Shown one piece after another: positions 31,385 through 40,299 of a DNA stretch of 58,857 nucleotides (position 1 is its first letter; every line of letters begins with the position of its first letter). A program made the translations under genes and the position numbers. The notes beneath the pieces are model-generated. The model was not told the DNA's origin. It did not search any database and saw only the letters and a list, made by a program, of their open reading frames with translations. Source of the stretch: Methanothrix sp. Lineage in GTDB: Archaea; Halobacteriota; Methanosarcinia; Methanotrichales; Methanotrichaceae. The DNA is taken from the NCBI GenBank assembly GCA_020844795.1, contig CP086218.1, positions 788,622 to 847,478 of the forward strand, given 5' to 3'.

Positions 31385-32215
31385 CTAAACTCTTGCCGAT
31401 TGAGGGGAGGCTCCCGCCTCCACCCCGGCCCCTTCGTCAGAAATATCCGAATAAAGCTGCGAGATCCCCTTGAGGGCCTTATATCCCCTGGCGGTGATCA
31501 TGTAGTCCCCCCTCTCATGCCTCTGGATGATCATCCGAGCCTGCGAGAGCTTCTGGAGGTGGAAGAGGAGGTTTCCGCCCCGCAGCCCCGTCAGCTTCGA
31601 GAGGGCCGAGAAGCTCTTCGTCTCCAGGGCGAGGGCCTTGATGATCTGGAGCCTCTGACCGCTCCCGAGGGGCTCGAGGAGCCTGCGGACCACCCCCTCC
31701 TCGTCGAGATCCTCGATCGAGCCCTTCTCGATATCTGCGTCTCTATAGACCCGGAGGGATCGCATCAGGTCGAGCTGCTTCTCCAGGAGCCTTCCGGCCT
31801 GCGAGAAGCAGGTCGCGCACTCCTCCCTGGGGGCCTTCCTCCTCATATCCTCCATCTTCGACCTCGCCCCCCCTATCGACTCCTCCGAGATCCCCCCGGC
31901 CTTGAGGTGGTCGAGGTTCCCCTTGAGGAGGTCGGAGAAGAGGGCTTTGCAGGCGGTCTTCATCTGGCAGTCCCCGACCATATTCGCCTCCAGCCCCCCT
32001 TCGATCTCCTCGAGGGCGTAGCCGAGGATCGCCCTGCCGTAGTCGGCCCGACACCCCTCGAGGATCGAGGCGAGATGCTGCTGGTTTGACAACTCTGCGA
32101 ACCTCAAGAGCTCCTCATGGACGGCCTCGAGCTTCGACCTGATGGCGGCGACATCCCTCTCCAGATCCGATACCATGAATTGATCCATCACCTCCACTGG
32201 TAAAAAGGTTTCCAC
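31385..32215 (-). CDS. ArsR-type winged-helix regulator with N-terminal Cys-containing helical domain
   Basis: C-terminal RLQIIKAL...FSALSKLTGLRGGNLLFHLQKL; Cys motifs C.MK..C and CATC. Confidence 0.8.
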   Translation of the reverse strand: METFLPVEVMDQFMVSDLERDVAAIRSKLEAVHEELLRFAELSNQQHLASILEGCRADYGRAILGYALEEIEGGLEANMVGDCQMKTACKALFSDLLKGNLDHLKAGGISEESIGGARSKMEDMRRKAPREECATCFSQAGRLLEKQLDLMRSLRVYRDADIEKGSIEDLDEEGVVRRLLEPLGSGQRLQIIKALALETKSFSALSKLTGLRGGNLLFHLQKLSQARMIIQRHERGDYMITARGYKALKGISQLYSDISDEGAGVEAGASPQSARV

Positions 32216-32320
32216 CCTGTATTTCTAAGTCAATAAGATGTATCGGCGTGACCCTTGTATATTTCTATAACGCGAAAGTATAAATCTATAACCCGGCATA
32301 GGAGAGTTTGGTGAAAAGCC

Positions 32321-32560
32321 ATGAGCGTAAGAGATGAGATCCACGCCCAGATTGAGGGAGCCCTGAAGAACGCGAAGTTTCCCATAAAGACCCCCGAAGA
32401 GCTTCTGGCGGCGATGCCCGCGGGTGCGGCCACCAAGTGCAAAGCAGGAGATTGCGAGCTGACGGCCGGAGACGCCGGAAAGGTCCTGAAGGAGACGGAC
32501 TTTCCCTTCAAGAGCGCAAGAGAGGTCGCTGACGTGATCGTGGAGAGGGCGGGGCTCTAA
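32321..32560 (+). CDS. MTH865 family protein
   Basis: AKFPIKTPEELLAAMPAG..T.C and DFPFKSA motifs. Confidence 0.85.
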   Translation: MSVRDEIHAQIEGALKNAKFPIKTPEELLAAMPAGAATKCKAGDCELTAGDAGKVLKETDFPFKSAREVADVIVERAGL

Positions 32561-32599
32561 ACCCCCCGCAAATTTTTATTAATATTAAAAATATTTTTT

Positions 32600-33319
32600 A
32601 TGGTGTTTTATATGTACGTGCTGGGTGTCAGTGGAAGCCCCACCAGAGACGCAAACACCGATAAGCTGGTGAAGGCGGTCTTGGATGGGACGGGACTTGA
32701 TAACGTCTTTGTGAAGCTTTCGGACCTGAATATCGGACCGTGCAGAGCCTGCATGGCCTGCGTCAAGACAAACGGGTGCGTATTGGAGGACGACTTCCAG
32801 GAGCTGGGCCCGCAGGTGATGGAGGCCGACGCCCTGGTGGTCGGCTCGCCCACCTACTTCGGCCTTCCCAGTGGCTTTACCAAGGCCTTCATGGAGAGGC
32901 TATACGCCTATCGGCACGTCGACCTTCTCACCAGAAATAAGGTCGCGGCCGCCGTCGCCGTCGGGTGCGCTGCCGAGAAGGACGTGGAGTCCTGGCTCGC
33001 CCGGGTGATGGCCTTCGGCGGGATGGACGTGGTGGGGAGGATGAGCGCCAAGGGAACACCCTGCTGCTTCGTCTGTGGAGTGGGGGAGACCTGCAGCTAC
33101 GCATCCTGGAACGCCTACTCCCCCGAGATAGCCGGGATGGACTTCGGGTGGAAGGTGAACTACCAAGGGTACCTGGAGATCCTCCCCGAAAACGTCCCTT
33201 ACCAGAAGGGGTTGGCGAAGATCCTCAGGCCCTTCAGGAGCGTCGAGGATGAGCCCGAGGTTATGGAGAAGGCTTCTGACCTGGGACGGGCGATCAGAGA
33301 GAGGCTGGAGAAGAGATGA
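32600..33319 (+). CDS. Flavodoxin family / iron-sulfur flavoprotein
   Basis: SGSP...NT, CRACMAC.....C and GSPTYF motifs, plus a second Cys cluster CCFVC....C. Confidence 0.87.
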   Translation: MVFYMYVLGVSGSPTRDANTDKLVKAVLDGTGLDNVFVKLSDLNIGPCRACMACVKTNGCVLEDDFQELGPQVMEADALVVGSPTYFGLPSGFTKAFMERLYAYRHVDLLTRNKVAAAVAVGCAAEKDVESWLARVMAFGGMDVVGRMSAKGTPCCFVCGVGETCSYASWNAYSPEIAGMDFGWKVNYQGYLEILPENVPYQKGLAKILRPFRSVEDEPEVMEKASDLGRAIRERLEKR

Positions 33320-33500
33320 CCCGATACAAGATCCGGGATGTCACTAGGGACCGCAGGCTTAAGACGTCTTGAGGAAGGCATAGTAGAGGATGTATCCGCT
33401 AGGTGGAAGAGGCGTCAACGCCCCCCCCTTCTTTGGGCCAGCCCAGAGAGGGGAGAGCCCTTGAGCCGAGCCTTCGGCCTGCAGGATCGATGAATTCCTC

Positions 33501-33860
33501 TCACTTCTTCCAAAGCTCCCGATAGCTTGCGGCGGAGGTGACGGCTGTCTGGCTGATCTTATCGGACTTATCCTTCGGCCTCTTAAGATCCTCCTCTCTC
33601 AGTCTTCTTATCTCCTCCTCGGCCTCGATGCCCATGACGAAGGTCCCATGGCAGGGCTTGACGTAGGTGAAGACCAGCTCTTTGCCCCTCGCCCCCATGG
33701 CGATGGGAGGGACCCCGATGAGGTAGTAGTCCCCGAAGATCTTGTATCCGGGGCTGACGTAGAATACCTCGTCAGAGTTCTCTTCGATGTACTTTCGGGC
33801 CTCTTTGAAGCTGGTCCTCTCCAGGTAGAGGTTATACTTCATCTCCTCAACGCAGCTCAT
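33501..33860 (-). CDS. DUF1894-like protein
   Basis: MSC, PGYKIF, G.PPI and KPCHGTF motifs; paired with DUF1890. Confidence 0.8.
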   Translation of the reverse strand: MSCVEEMKYNLYLERTSFKEARKYIEENSDEVFYVSPGYKIFGDYYLIGVPPIAMGARGKELVFTYVKPCHGTFVMGIEAEEEIRRLREEDLKRPKDKSDKISQTAVTSAASYRELWKK

Positions 33861-34306
33861 CCCATCACCCGATCGATCTTATTCTTGAGGGGGATGGGGT
33901 TATGGACCGCCTTGGCTACGATCTTCTCGGCGGGGAAATCTACCAGCTCCGCTACCGCTTCGGCGTTCCTCCCGAAGATCACAGCGTACATCCTCGCCCC
34001 CGATATGGCGCTCATGGTGGCGGCGTAGGTCACCCCGGCGTCGTTATGCATGAAGGCGAAGCAGCAGTCGTAGTCCGTCTTCTTCTCGACGATATCTGCG
34101 ATGCACCGATCCAGCTCTATGGTATTCTTGATGTAATGCCCTTCGGGATCTGTCATCTTAAGAAGCTTCAGCGCCGCATCCGTCCCCGCTACGGTGACAT
34201 CCGCCCCGGCCTTTTCGAGCCGAAGGGAGAGGTAGATCGCGGCCGCCATCTGGACCGGAACTTCGGGGCAGCCCATCATCAATAAGGCCCTATCTCCACT
34301 CTTCAT
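33857..34306 (-). CDS. DUF1890-like protein
   Basis: Start MKSGD at 34306; GCPEVPVQ, DPEGHY, HNDAG and HNP.PL motifs. Confidence 0.85.
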   Translation of the reverse strand: MKSGDRALLMMGCPEVPVQMAAAIYLSLRLEKAGADVTVAGTDAALKLLKMTDPEGHYIKNTIELDRCIADIVEKKTDYDCCFAFMHNDAGVTYAATMSAISGARMYAVIFGRNAEAVAELVDFPAEKIVAKAVHNPIPLKNKIDRVMG

Positions 34307-34347
34307 AAACCACCAGACCTCCGTTATCTGAACCTTCAACGATGATA

Positions 34348-34359
34348 TAACAATTGTTA
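34348..34359. promoter_or_regulatory. Operator TAACAATTGTTA upstream of DUF1890-DUF1894
   Basis: Perfect palindrome (extended ATAACAATTGTTAT) about 42 nt upstream of the start codon. Confidence 0.78.
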
Positions 34360-34525
34360 TTCGTCATGGGAATTGCCCAGTGTATCAACCTTCTCCCGAG
34401 GTCCCGAAAGACAGGGGAGAACCTGCTCATTCACGCCGTCGGCGATCCGGGAAGGCCGCCCTCCGAAAAACCCGTCATTGATGGCCGATCTTCAGGACGG
34501 CAAATTATAAGTGGAGAGGCTCAAT

Positions 34526-34537
34526 TAACAATTGTGA
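34526..34537. promoter_or_regulatory. Operator TAACAATTGTGA upstream of ncsA
   Basis: About 16 nt downstream of TATA TTATAA (34505-34510). Confidence 0.78.
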
Positions 34538-34541
34538 CCTC

Positions 34542-35480
34542 ATGAAGACCCGTTTGGAGGATCGACCTGGATTGAATAAGATGCGCTGCTCGATATGCGA
34601 TGATGCCGCCGTGGCAAGGTCCAGCAGGTCTCGGAAGCTTTTATGCAGCAGCCATTTCATGGAGGCCTTCGAGGACCAGGTGGCAAAGACCCTGAAGGCA
34701 GGCAGGATGATCGAAGATGGCAACAGGATAGCCGTGGCCCTGAGCGGAGGAAAGGACAGCGTGGTCCTCCTCTACGTCCTGAAAAAGATTCTAGCCGGGG
34801 AGGCGGTCGAGCTCTTCGCCATCACCATCGATGAGGGGATAAAGGGCTACAGGGAGGATACCATAGGATATGCCAGGAGAATCTCAGATGAGCTGGAGGT
34901 CGAGCTGAAGATGAGATCCTTCAGAGACGAGTTCGGATCGGACCTCGACCGGATAGTGGTGGGCAGAGATGAGGCCCCCTGCACCTTCTGCGGAGTTCTG
35001 CGGAAGAGCGCCCTCAACCGGGCCGCAAGAGACCTGGGGGCGACGAAGCTCGCCACAGGCCACAACCTCGACGATGAGGCCCAGTCGGTGATGATGAACT
35101 ACCTCAGGGGAGACATCGAGGGGCTCCTCAGGCTTTCGCCGAAGAGGCCCCTTCCAGGCCTCGTCCCCAGGATCAAGCCCCTGCGGCATATCCCTGAGAA
35201 GGAGGTGGCTCTCTACGGGATCCTCGCTGGAGTCCACCCCGAGGCCCCGGAGTGCCCCTACGCCCATTCCTCCATGCGCTTTGAGATTCGAAGGATGATG
35301 AACGGCCTTGAAAGGGACCATCCGGGGACGAAAGGCTCCGTCTTGAGGGGCTTTGAGAAGATATTAAAATCCGCGGAAGATAGGCCTGCCGCAACGCCCC
35401 TCTCATCCTGCAGGATCTGTGGCGAGCCCACCTTCAGGGATCTATGCAGGGCATGCCACCTCCTGGGAAGGTCGAGGTGA
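34542..35480 (+). CDS. ncsA: tRNA 2-thiolation protein NcsA/TtuA (TIGR00269-like)
   Basis: N-terminal CxxC..C..H zinc finger, SGGKDS PP-loop, CTFC, TGHNLDD, CPY and C-terminal CxxC..CxxC. Confidence 0.9.
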   Translation: MKTRLEDRPGLNKMRCSICDDAAVARSSRSRKLLCSSHFMEAFEDQVAKTLKAGRMIEDGNRIAVALSGGKDSVVLLYVLKKILAGEAVELFAITIDEGIKGYREDTIGYARRISDELEVELKMRSFRDEFGSDLDRIVVGRDEAPCTFCGVLRKSALNRAARDLGATKLATGHNLDDEAQSVMMNYLRGDIEGLLRLSPKRPLPGLVPRIKPLRHIPEKEVALYGILAGVHPEAPECPYAHSSMRFEIRRMMNGLERDHPGTKGSVLRGFEKILKSAEDRPAATPLSSCRICGEPTFRDLCRACHLLGRSR

Positions 35481-35537
35481 TGTTTCTTTCTCGCCCCCTT
35501 CCCAATATTTATATACGAGGGGTGCTCCAATTTATGT

Positions 35538-35549
35538 TAACAATTGAAA
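35538..35549. promoter_or_regulatory. Degenerate operator TAACAATTGAAA upstream of the radical SAM-ThiS pair
   Basis: About 22 nt downstream of TATA TTTATATA (35508-35515); two mismatches. Confidence 0.6.
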
Positions 35550-35651
35550 ATCGCCGGCCCGATGGCACGACCGGAGATTGAAGGTCGTCTAATGGGCAGG
35601 GGATTCTCGAGGCTTGAGCCCTGAGAAGCTACGGGATATCTATGATTTGAG

Positions 35652-36659
35652 GTGGAGATGGACGCTGAGACGAAGGCGCTCCTGGTGAGCATCGGGAGCG
35701 CCGATATCGACGGGGAGGTTCTGAAGGAGGGTTTTAGAACGACGGTCCCTTCTGCAGGCCCCGGGGCCGGGAAGGAGTCTTTCTTCTTCCGGTCGGGCGG
35801 GCACCGGGTGAGGCTATCCATAAGCAGGAGGTCTCCCCTGAAGGTCCTGGGCCGGGAAGGGGACGTGATCATCCTCCACAAAGGCGCCGAGATCGCCCGG
35901 GGGAGGCTTGAGCCCGCCCTCTGCCACTGCCCGCAGCAGGCTTATCTGACGGTCAGCCCAGCCTGCATCTTCGACTGCAAGTTCTGTCCGGTGCCGAAGC
36001 TCTCCGGCGAGCCCAAGGACCTTGGCCGGATCCTGGAGCTGGTGGAGGAGGCCGATCAGACCGGCGAGATGCGGGCGATATCCCTCACCAGCGGCGTTGC
36101 CAGGTCGCCGGAGGAGGAGGTAGATAAGGTGGCTTCGGCGGTGAGAGCCCTCCGGGAGGTATACGATCTCCCCATTGGCGTCTCGGTTTATCCGACATCT
36201 TCCAGCTCAGAGATCCTTTCCGCGGCGGGGGCGACGGAGGTCAAGTACAATGTCGAGACGATGGACCGGGAGATCTTCGAGAGATGCTGTCCGGGCCTCT
36301 CCCTCCCGTTCGTCCTGGAATCCCTGGAGAAGGCCGTCGAGATCTTCGGCGAGAACAGGGTCACTACAAACTTCATCATCGGCCTGGGAGAGGGGGACGC
36401 CACCGTCAAGGCGGGGGCGAGGAGGCTTGTGGAGATGGGGGTTATACCGATACTGAGGCCGATCTCCCCTCACCCCCTCCGGGCCGGCGAGGTTTATGTA
36501 AAGAGGCCCTCCGCAGATAGGCTCCTGGCCCTCGCCCGGATGCTCCTGGATCTCCTGGACGAGCATGGCCTCAGGGCAGACGTCGCCGAGACGATGTGCC
36601 TTCCCTGCACCGGATGCGATATGACCCCCCACAGAGACGTCACAAGGGGCGGTCTATGA
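35652..36659 (+). CDS. Radical SAM protein (biotin synthase-related, COG2516-like)
   Basis: CIFDCKFC (CxxxCxxC), HCP, IIGLGE and C-terminal CLPCTGC. Confidence 0.87.
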   Translation: MEMDAETKALLVSIGSADIDGEVLKEGFRTTVPSAGPGAGKESFFFRSGGHRVRLSISRRSPLKVLGREGDVIILHKGAEIARGRLEPALCHCPQQAYLTVSPACIFDCKFCPVPKLSGEPKDLGRILELVEEADQTGEMRAISLTSGVARSPEEEVDKVASAVRALREVYDLPIGVSVYPTSSSSEILSAAGATEVKYNVETMDREIFERCCPGLSLPFVLESLEKAVEIFGENRVTTNFIIGLGEGDATVKAGARRLVEMGVIPILRPISPHPLRAGEVYVKRPSADRLLALARMLLDLLDEHGLRADVAETMCLPCTGCDMTPHRDVTRGGL

Positions 36660-36850
36660 GGGTGATCCTCCCCGACGGCGAGACGAGGGTGATGAGCTCC
36701 GGTGGGCCCTTGATCAGAGACCTCCTGGAAGAGCTCGGGATCAACCCCCTGGAGGTTCTCGTGGCCAGAAACGGCAGGATCGTCCCGGAGGAGGATCTGG
36801 CAGGAGAAGAGGATGAGATCAGGGTGATCAGGGTCGTTCACGGAGGATGA
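36656..36850 (+). CDS. Ubiquitin-like sulfur carrier ThiS/SAMP2-like
   Basis: ATG overlaps the radical SAM stop (ATGA); LLEELGINP..V.V.RNG and C-terminal VVHGG. Confidence 0.88.
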   Translation: MRVILPDGETRVMSSGGPLIRDLLEELGINPLEVLVARNGRIVPEEDLAGEEDEIRVIRVVHGG

Positions 36851-37002
36851 TTCAGGAGAGGTAACTATGGTCCGACCTGCTACAGATTTTGATCCGCCAT
36901 AATGGCCGGTTAAACCATTCGATTCATAAGATCGTCGTCCTGGGTCGAAGATCCTCTTATCTGGCAGATGAATAAGGTTTATAAAGGTTATATCCCATGA
37001 AT

Positions 37003-37014
37003 TCACGATCGTTA
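37003..37014. promoter_or_regulatory. Operator TCACGATCGTTA upstream of HTH-larE-sufS
   Basis: About 18 nt downstream of TATA TTTATAAA (36978-36985). Confidence 0.75.
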
Positions 37015-37054
37015 TCCAGAAGAGCTTTAGACCGAGATAGATCTTTGGTGAAAT

Positions 37055-37384
37055 ATGAAGCTTCCATGTGAATCCGCCGTCTGGGACACCCTCCCGAGCA
37101 TAAGGGCCGCCGTCGCCAAAGAGCTGGTAGACAGGGGGCTATCTCAGAAGGAGGTCTCCCAGCTCTTGAAGATCAGCCCTCCCGCCGTCTCCCAGTACGT
37201 CTCCAAGAAGAGGGGGTACAGCATCGCCTTCAGCGAAGAGGTGAACCAGGCGATAACGCGGCTGGCCGACGAGATGGTTCGTAGCGACGCCTTCGACCCT
37301 ACCGAGAAGATCTGCGAGATCTGCAGGATGCTGAGGGAGGGCGAAGAGGTCGAGGCCGGTGATGGATGTGAAGGCTGCCGGTGA
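37055..37384 (+). CDS. Small archaeal HTH regulator (COG2522-like; resembles the ThiR DNA-binding domain)
   Basis: MKLPCE..LPSIRA..A.ELV..GLSQKEVSQLL.ISPPAVSQYVSKKRG; C-terminal CEIC and CEGC. Confidence 0.82.
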   Translation: MKLPCESAVWDTLPSIRAAVAKELVDRGLSQKEVSQLLKISPPAVSQYVSKKRGYSIAFSEEVNQAITRLADEMVRSDAFDPTEKICEICRMLREGEEVEAGDGCEGCR

Positions 37385-37399
37385 TACTAGCCGAGGGAT

Positions 37400-38230
37400 A
37401 TGAAAGGTGGAGAAGAACTGACGTTGAGGCTCGAAGAGAGGGCGGAGAAGCTGGAGAGGCTGAAGGAGATCCTCCAGGAGGATGAAAGGATACTGATCGC
37501 CTTCTCCGGCGGCCTGGACAGCTCCTTTCTCGCCATGGTGGCCGCCGAGGTCCTCGGGGATGGGGCGCTTCTCGTCACCCTCGACTCTGAGGCGATCCCC
37601 CGAAGGGAACTTCTGGAGGCGGAGAAGATAGCCCGATCCTTGGGCCTGCGCCACCGGATCGTCGGCTCCAGGATCCTCGAATCTGAAGATATCGCCAAAA
37701 ACCCCCCCGACAGGTGCGCCTTCTGCAAGAAAGAAGACGCCAGAGTCCTCAAGAGGATCGCGAAAGAGGAGGGGATCGGAAGGGTCGCCGACGGGGTGAA
37801 CCTCTCCGACTACGCGGACTTCCGCCCCGGGATCAGATCCTCCGACGAGGAGGGTTTGATCCACCCCCTCGCCGAGGCAGGGCTCACCAAACCGGATATC
37901 AGGACCCTGGCGAAGGAGATGGGCCATCCCTTCTGGGATAAGCCCTCCATGGCCTGCCTCGCCTCCAGGATCCCCTACGGCGAGAGGATAACCCCCGAAA
38001 AGCTGAGGATGGTGGAGGAGGCCGAAGAGTTCCTGATGGGCCGGGGGTTTCGGACCGTAAGGGTGAGGGTCTCCGGGAGGTCGGCCAGGATCGAGGTGGA
38101 AAAGACCGATCTCGAGAAGATCCTGGGGATGAGGGAAGAGGTCGCAAAAGAGCTACGGAGGATCGGCTTCTCATACGTATCCCTGGACCTGGAAGGGTAC
38201 AGAACGGGAAGCTCAAACGAAGTCCTATGA
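37400..38230 (+). CDS. larE: ATP-dependent sulfur transferase LarE-like (TIGR00268)
   Basis: AFSGGLDS, NPPDRCAFCK, D.RPG, CLASRIPYG and GYRTGS motifs. Confidence 0.88.
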   Translation: MKGGEELTLRLEERAEKLERLKEILQEDERILIAFSGGLDSSFLAMVAAEVLGDGALLVTLDSEAIPRRELLEAEKIARSLGLRHRIVGSRILESEDIAKNPPDRCAFCKKEDARVLKRIAKEEGIGRVADGVNLSDYADFRPGIRSSDEEGLIHPLAEAGLTKPDIRTLAKEMGHPFWDKPSMACLASRIPYGERITPEKLRMVEEAEEFLMGRGFRTVRVRVSGRSARIEVEKTDLEKILGMREEVAKELRRIGFSYVSLDLEGYRTGSSNEVL

Positions 38231-39405
38231 ACCCCGAAGAGATCAGACGGGACTTTCCCATCTTAAAAGACGTCATCTACATGGACAGCGCCTCGACGAG
38301 CCTCACCCCCGAGCCTGTCCTCGCCTCGATCCTCGAATACTACAGGGGATATCGGGCGAACGTCGGCCGCGGGGTCTATAGACTCTCCCGCCTCGCGGAC
38401 GATATCTACAGAAACGCCCACCGGAAGGTCGCAGACTTCATCGGAGCCGAAGGAGGGGTGGTCTTCACGAGGAACACCACCGAGGCGATAAACGCCGTCG
38501 CCTACGGCATAAAATGGCGGCGGGGGGACGTGGTGGTGACGACGGCAGCGGAGCACCACTCCAACCTCCTCCCCTGGATGAGGCTTAAGGAGATGGGCGT
38601 CGGCCTGAAGATCGTGGAGCCGGATCCGGATGGATCCTTCGATCCCGCCAGCTTCGAAGCCGCCATAGGCGACGACACGAAGCTCGTCGCCATGACGGTC
38701 GCCTCGAACGTCCTGGGGACCGCCCTTCCGGCGAGGGAGGTCTCGGAGATCTGCCGGGAGAGGGGAGCCCTCCTCCTCCTCGACGGGGCCCAGGCTGTCC
38801 CCCACGTACCGACGGACGTCGGCGACCTCGGATGCGATTACCTCTGCTTCTCCGGCCACAAGTTGCTCGGCCCCTCGGGGACGGGAGTCCTCTGGATGAA
38901 GAAGTATGACCTCTCCCCCCTCCTCGTCGGCGGGGGGGCCGTCGAGGAGGTCGACCTTGAGGGCTACACCCTGAAGAGGGGCTACGAAGGGTATGAGGCG
39001 GGATCTCCCGACGTGGCGGGGGGGATCGGCCTAGGGGCTGCCGTCGACTACCTCCGGCACGCCGGCATGGAGGAGATCGCCCTCCACGAGGGCCGGCTCA
39101 CAAGACGGCTTCTTGCAGGGCTTCTCGATATCGAGGGGGTCGATGTCTACGGTTCCGTCGATTCGAGAGAGAGGGTCGGGATCATTTCGTTCAACGTGGC
39201 GGGCGTGAGCCCCACCGAGGTCGCCCACCTCCTGGACGAGGGGTCGGATATTATGGTCAGGTCGGGCCACCACTGCTGCATCCCTCTCATGAGACACCTC
39301 GGGCTTCCGGCGGGGACCGTCCGGGCGTCGTTATACTTATACAACACCGACGAAGAGGTGGAGGAGCTCCTCGCGGCCGTCGAGGAGATATCTAAGATCG
39401 GTTAG
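38227..39405 (+). CDS. sufS: Cysteine desulfurase, SufS-like (group II)
   Basis: YMDSAST, EHHSN, DGAQ, FSGHK and RSGHHC motifs. Confidence 0.9.
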   Translation: MNPEEIRRDFPILKDVIYMDSASTSLTPEPVLASILEYYRGYRANVGRGVYRLSRLADDIYRNAHRKVADFIGAEGGVVFTRNTTEAINAVAYGIKWRRGDVVVTTAAEHHSNLLPWMRLKEMGVGLKIVEPDPDGSFDPASFEAAIGDDTKLVAMTVASNVLGTALPAREVSEICRERGALLLLDGAQAVPHVPTDVGDLGCDYLCFSGHKLLGPSGTGVLWMKKYDLSPLLVGGGAVEEVDLEGYTLKRGYEGYEAGSPDVAGGIGLGAAVDYLRHAGMEEIALHEGRLTRRLLAGLLDIEGVDVYGSVDSRERVGIISFNVAGVSPTEVAHLLDEGSDIMVRSGHHCCIPLMRHLGLPAGTVRASLYLYNTDEEVEELLAAVEEISKIG

Positions 39406-39410
39406 GTCAG

Positions 39411-39490
39411 AATGACGTTCCGATATGAGGGTTACATATGAGGGTTCCATATGAGGGTTCCATATGGCGGTTCCAGATTACGGTTCCATA
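39411..39490. repeat. 13-bp minisatellite (ATATGAGGGTTCC), about 5-6 units
   Basis: Units start at 39423, 39436, 39449, 39462 and 39475, with degenerate flanks. Confidence 0.85.
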
Positions 39491-39534
39491 ACCTGTTGCA
39501 CTGAGAAGGTCTCTATATCTCGGGGTGGTCTTCA

Positions 39535-40287
39535 TTGATGAGGATCTTTTCATGTCTAAAGCTGGACGGTGACGGGGCCGTCGAAGGCGTCCACCCGGTC
39601 GTCGAGGAGACGCCCCTCTCGATATTCATAAACGGGAGGCATTTCGCCACGGCCATGACGAGCCCTGCCATGGCAGAGGAGTTCGTTGCAGGCCACCTCT
39701 ACTCCGAAGGGATCGTCGGGGGGCTTGAAGAGATCGAGTCCCTGGTGGTGGAAGAGAAGGTTGTAAAGGTCGTCCTGACCAATCCGATCAGGGCGATCAG
39801 GTCAAAGAGGCCGATATTGAGCGGATGCGGTGGAGCCTCTTCCTTCCTGGACGAGTCGAAGCTTGCGAAGGTGGCATCAGACCTGAGGGTCGATAGAGGG
39901 GACCTTCGAGCGGCCCTGAAGGAGATCTCCATCTCGAAGCTTCATAAGGCGACGGGGGGCGTCCACTCCGTGGGGCTCTTCGATAATGGTGGTGTCATAT
40001 GCAAAGTCGAGGACATAGGAAGGCACAGCGCCCTGGACAAGGTGATCGGCCGCGGCCTCCTGGACGGGATCAGGTTCGAAGAGACCTTCGTCGCCACCAC
40101 CGGGAGGATATCCTCGGATATGGCCCTCAAATGCTCCCGGGCCGGGGTTGCCATCATAGCCTCCAGGGGGGCGACCACGAGCCTCGCCATCGAGATCGCC
40201 GAGAAGACCGGCCTGTCCATCGTCGGCTTCGTGAGAGGGGAGAAGATGAACGTCTACACCGGCCGGGAGAGGATAAGGGGCTGGTGA
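39535..40287 (+). CDS. fdhD: Formate dehydrogenase accessory sulfurtransferase FdhD
   Basis: EETPL, SGCG, TGGVH, EDIGRH.ALDK and GFVR motifs. Confidence 0.92.
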   Translation: MMRIFSCLKLDGDGAVEGVHPVVEETPLSIFINGRHFATAMTSPAMAEEFVAGHLYSEGIVGGLEEIESLVVEEKVVKVVLTNPIRAIRSKRPILSGCGGASSFLDESKLAKVASDLRVDRGDLRAALKEISISKLHKATGGVHSVGLFDNGGVICKVEDIGRHSALDKVIGRGLLDGIRFEETFVATTGRISSDMALKCSRAGVAIIASRGATTSLAIEIAEKTGLSIVGFVRGEKMNVYTGRERIRGW

Positions 40288-40299
40288 GCCGGACCTCTT

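Noticed and set aside
39411-39490. Possible CRISPR array
   Set aside because: The units are 13 bp and contiguous with no spacers, and no cas genes are present.
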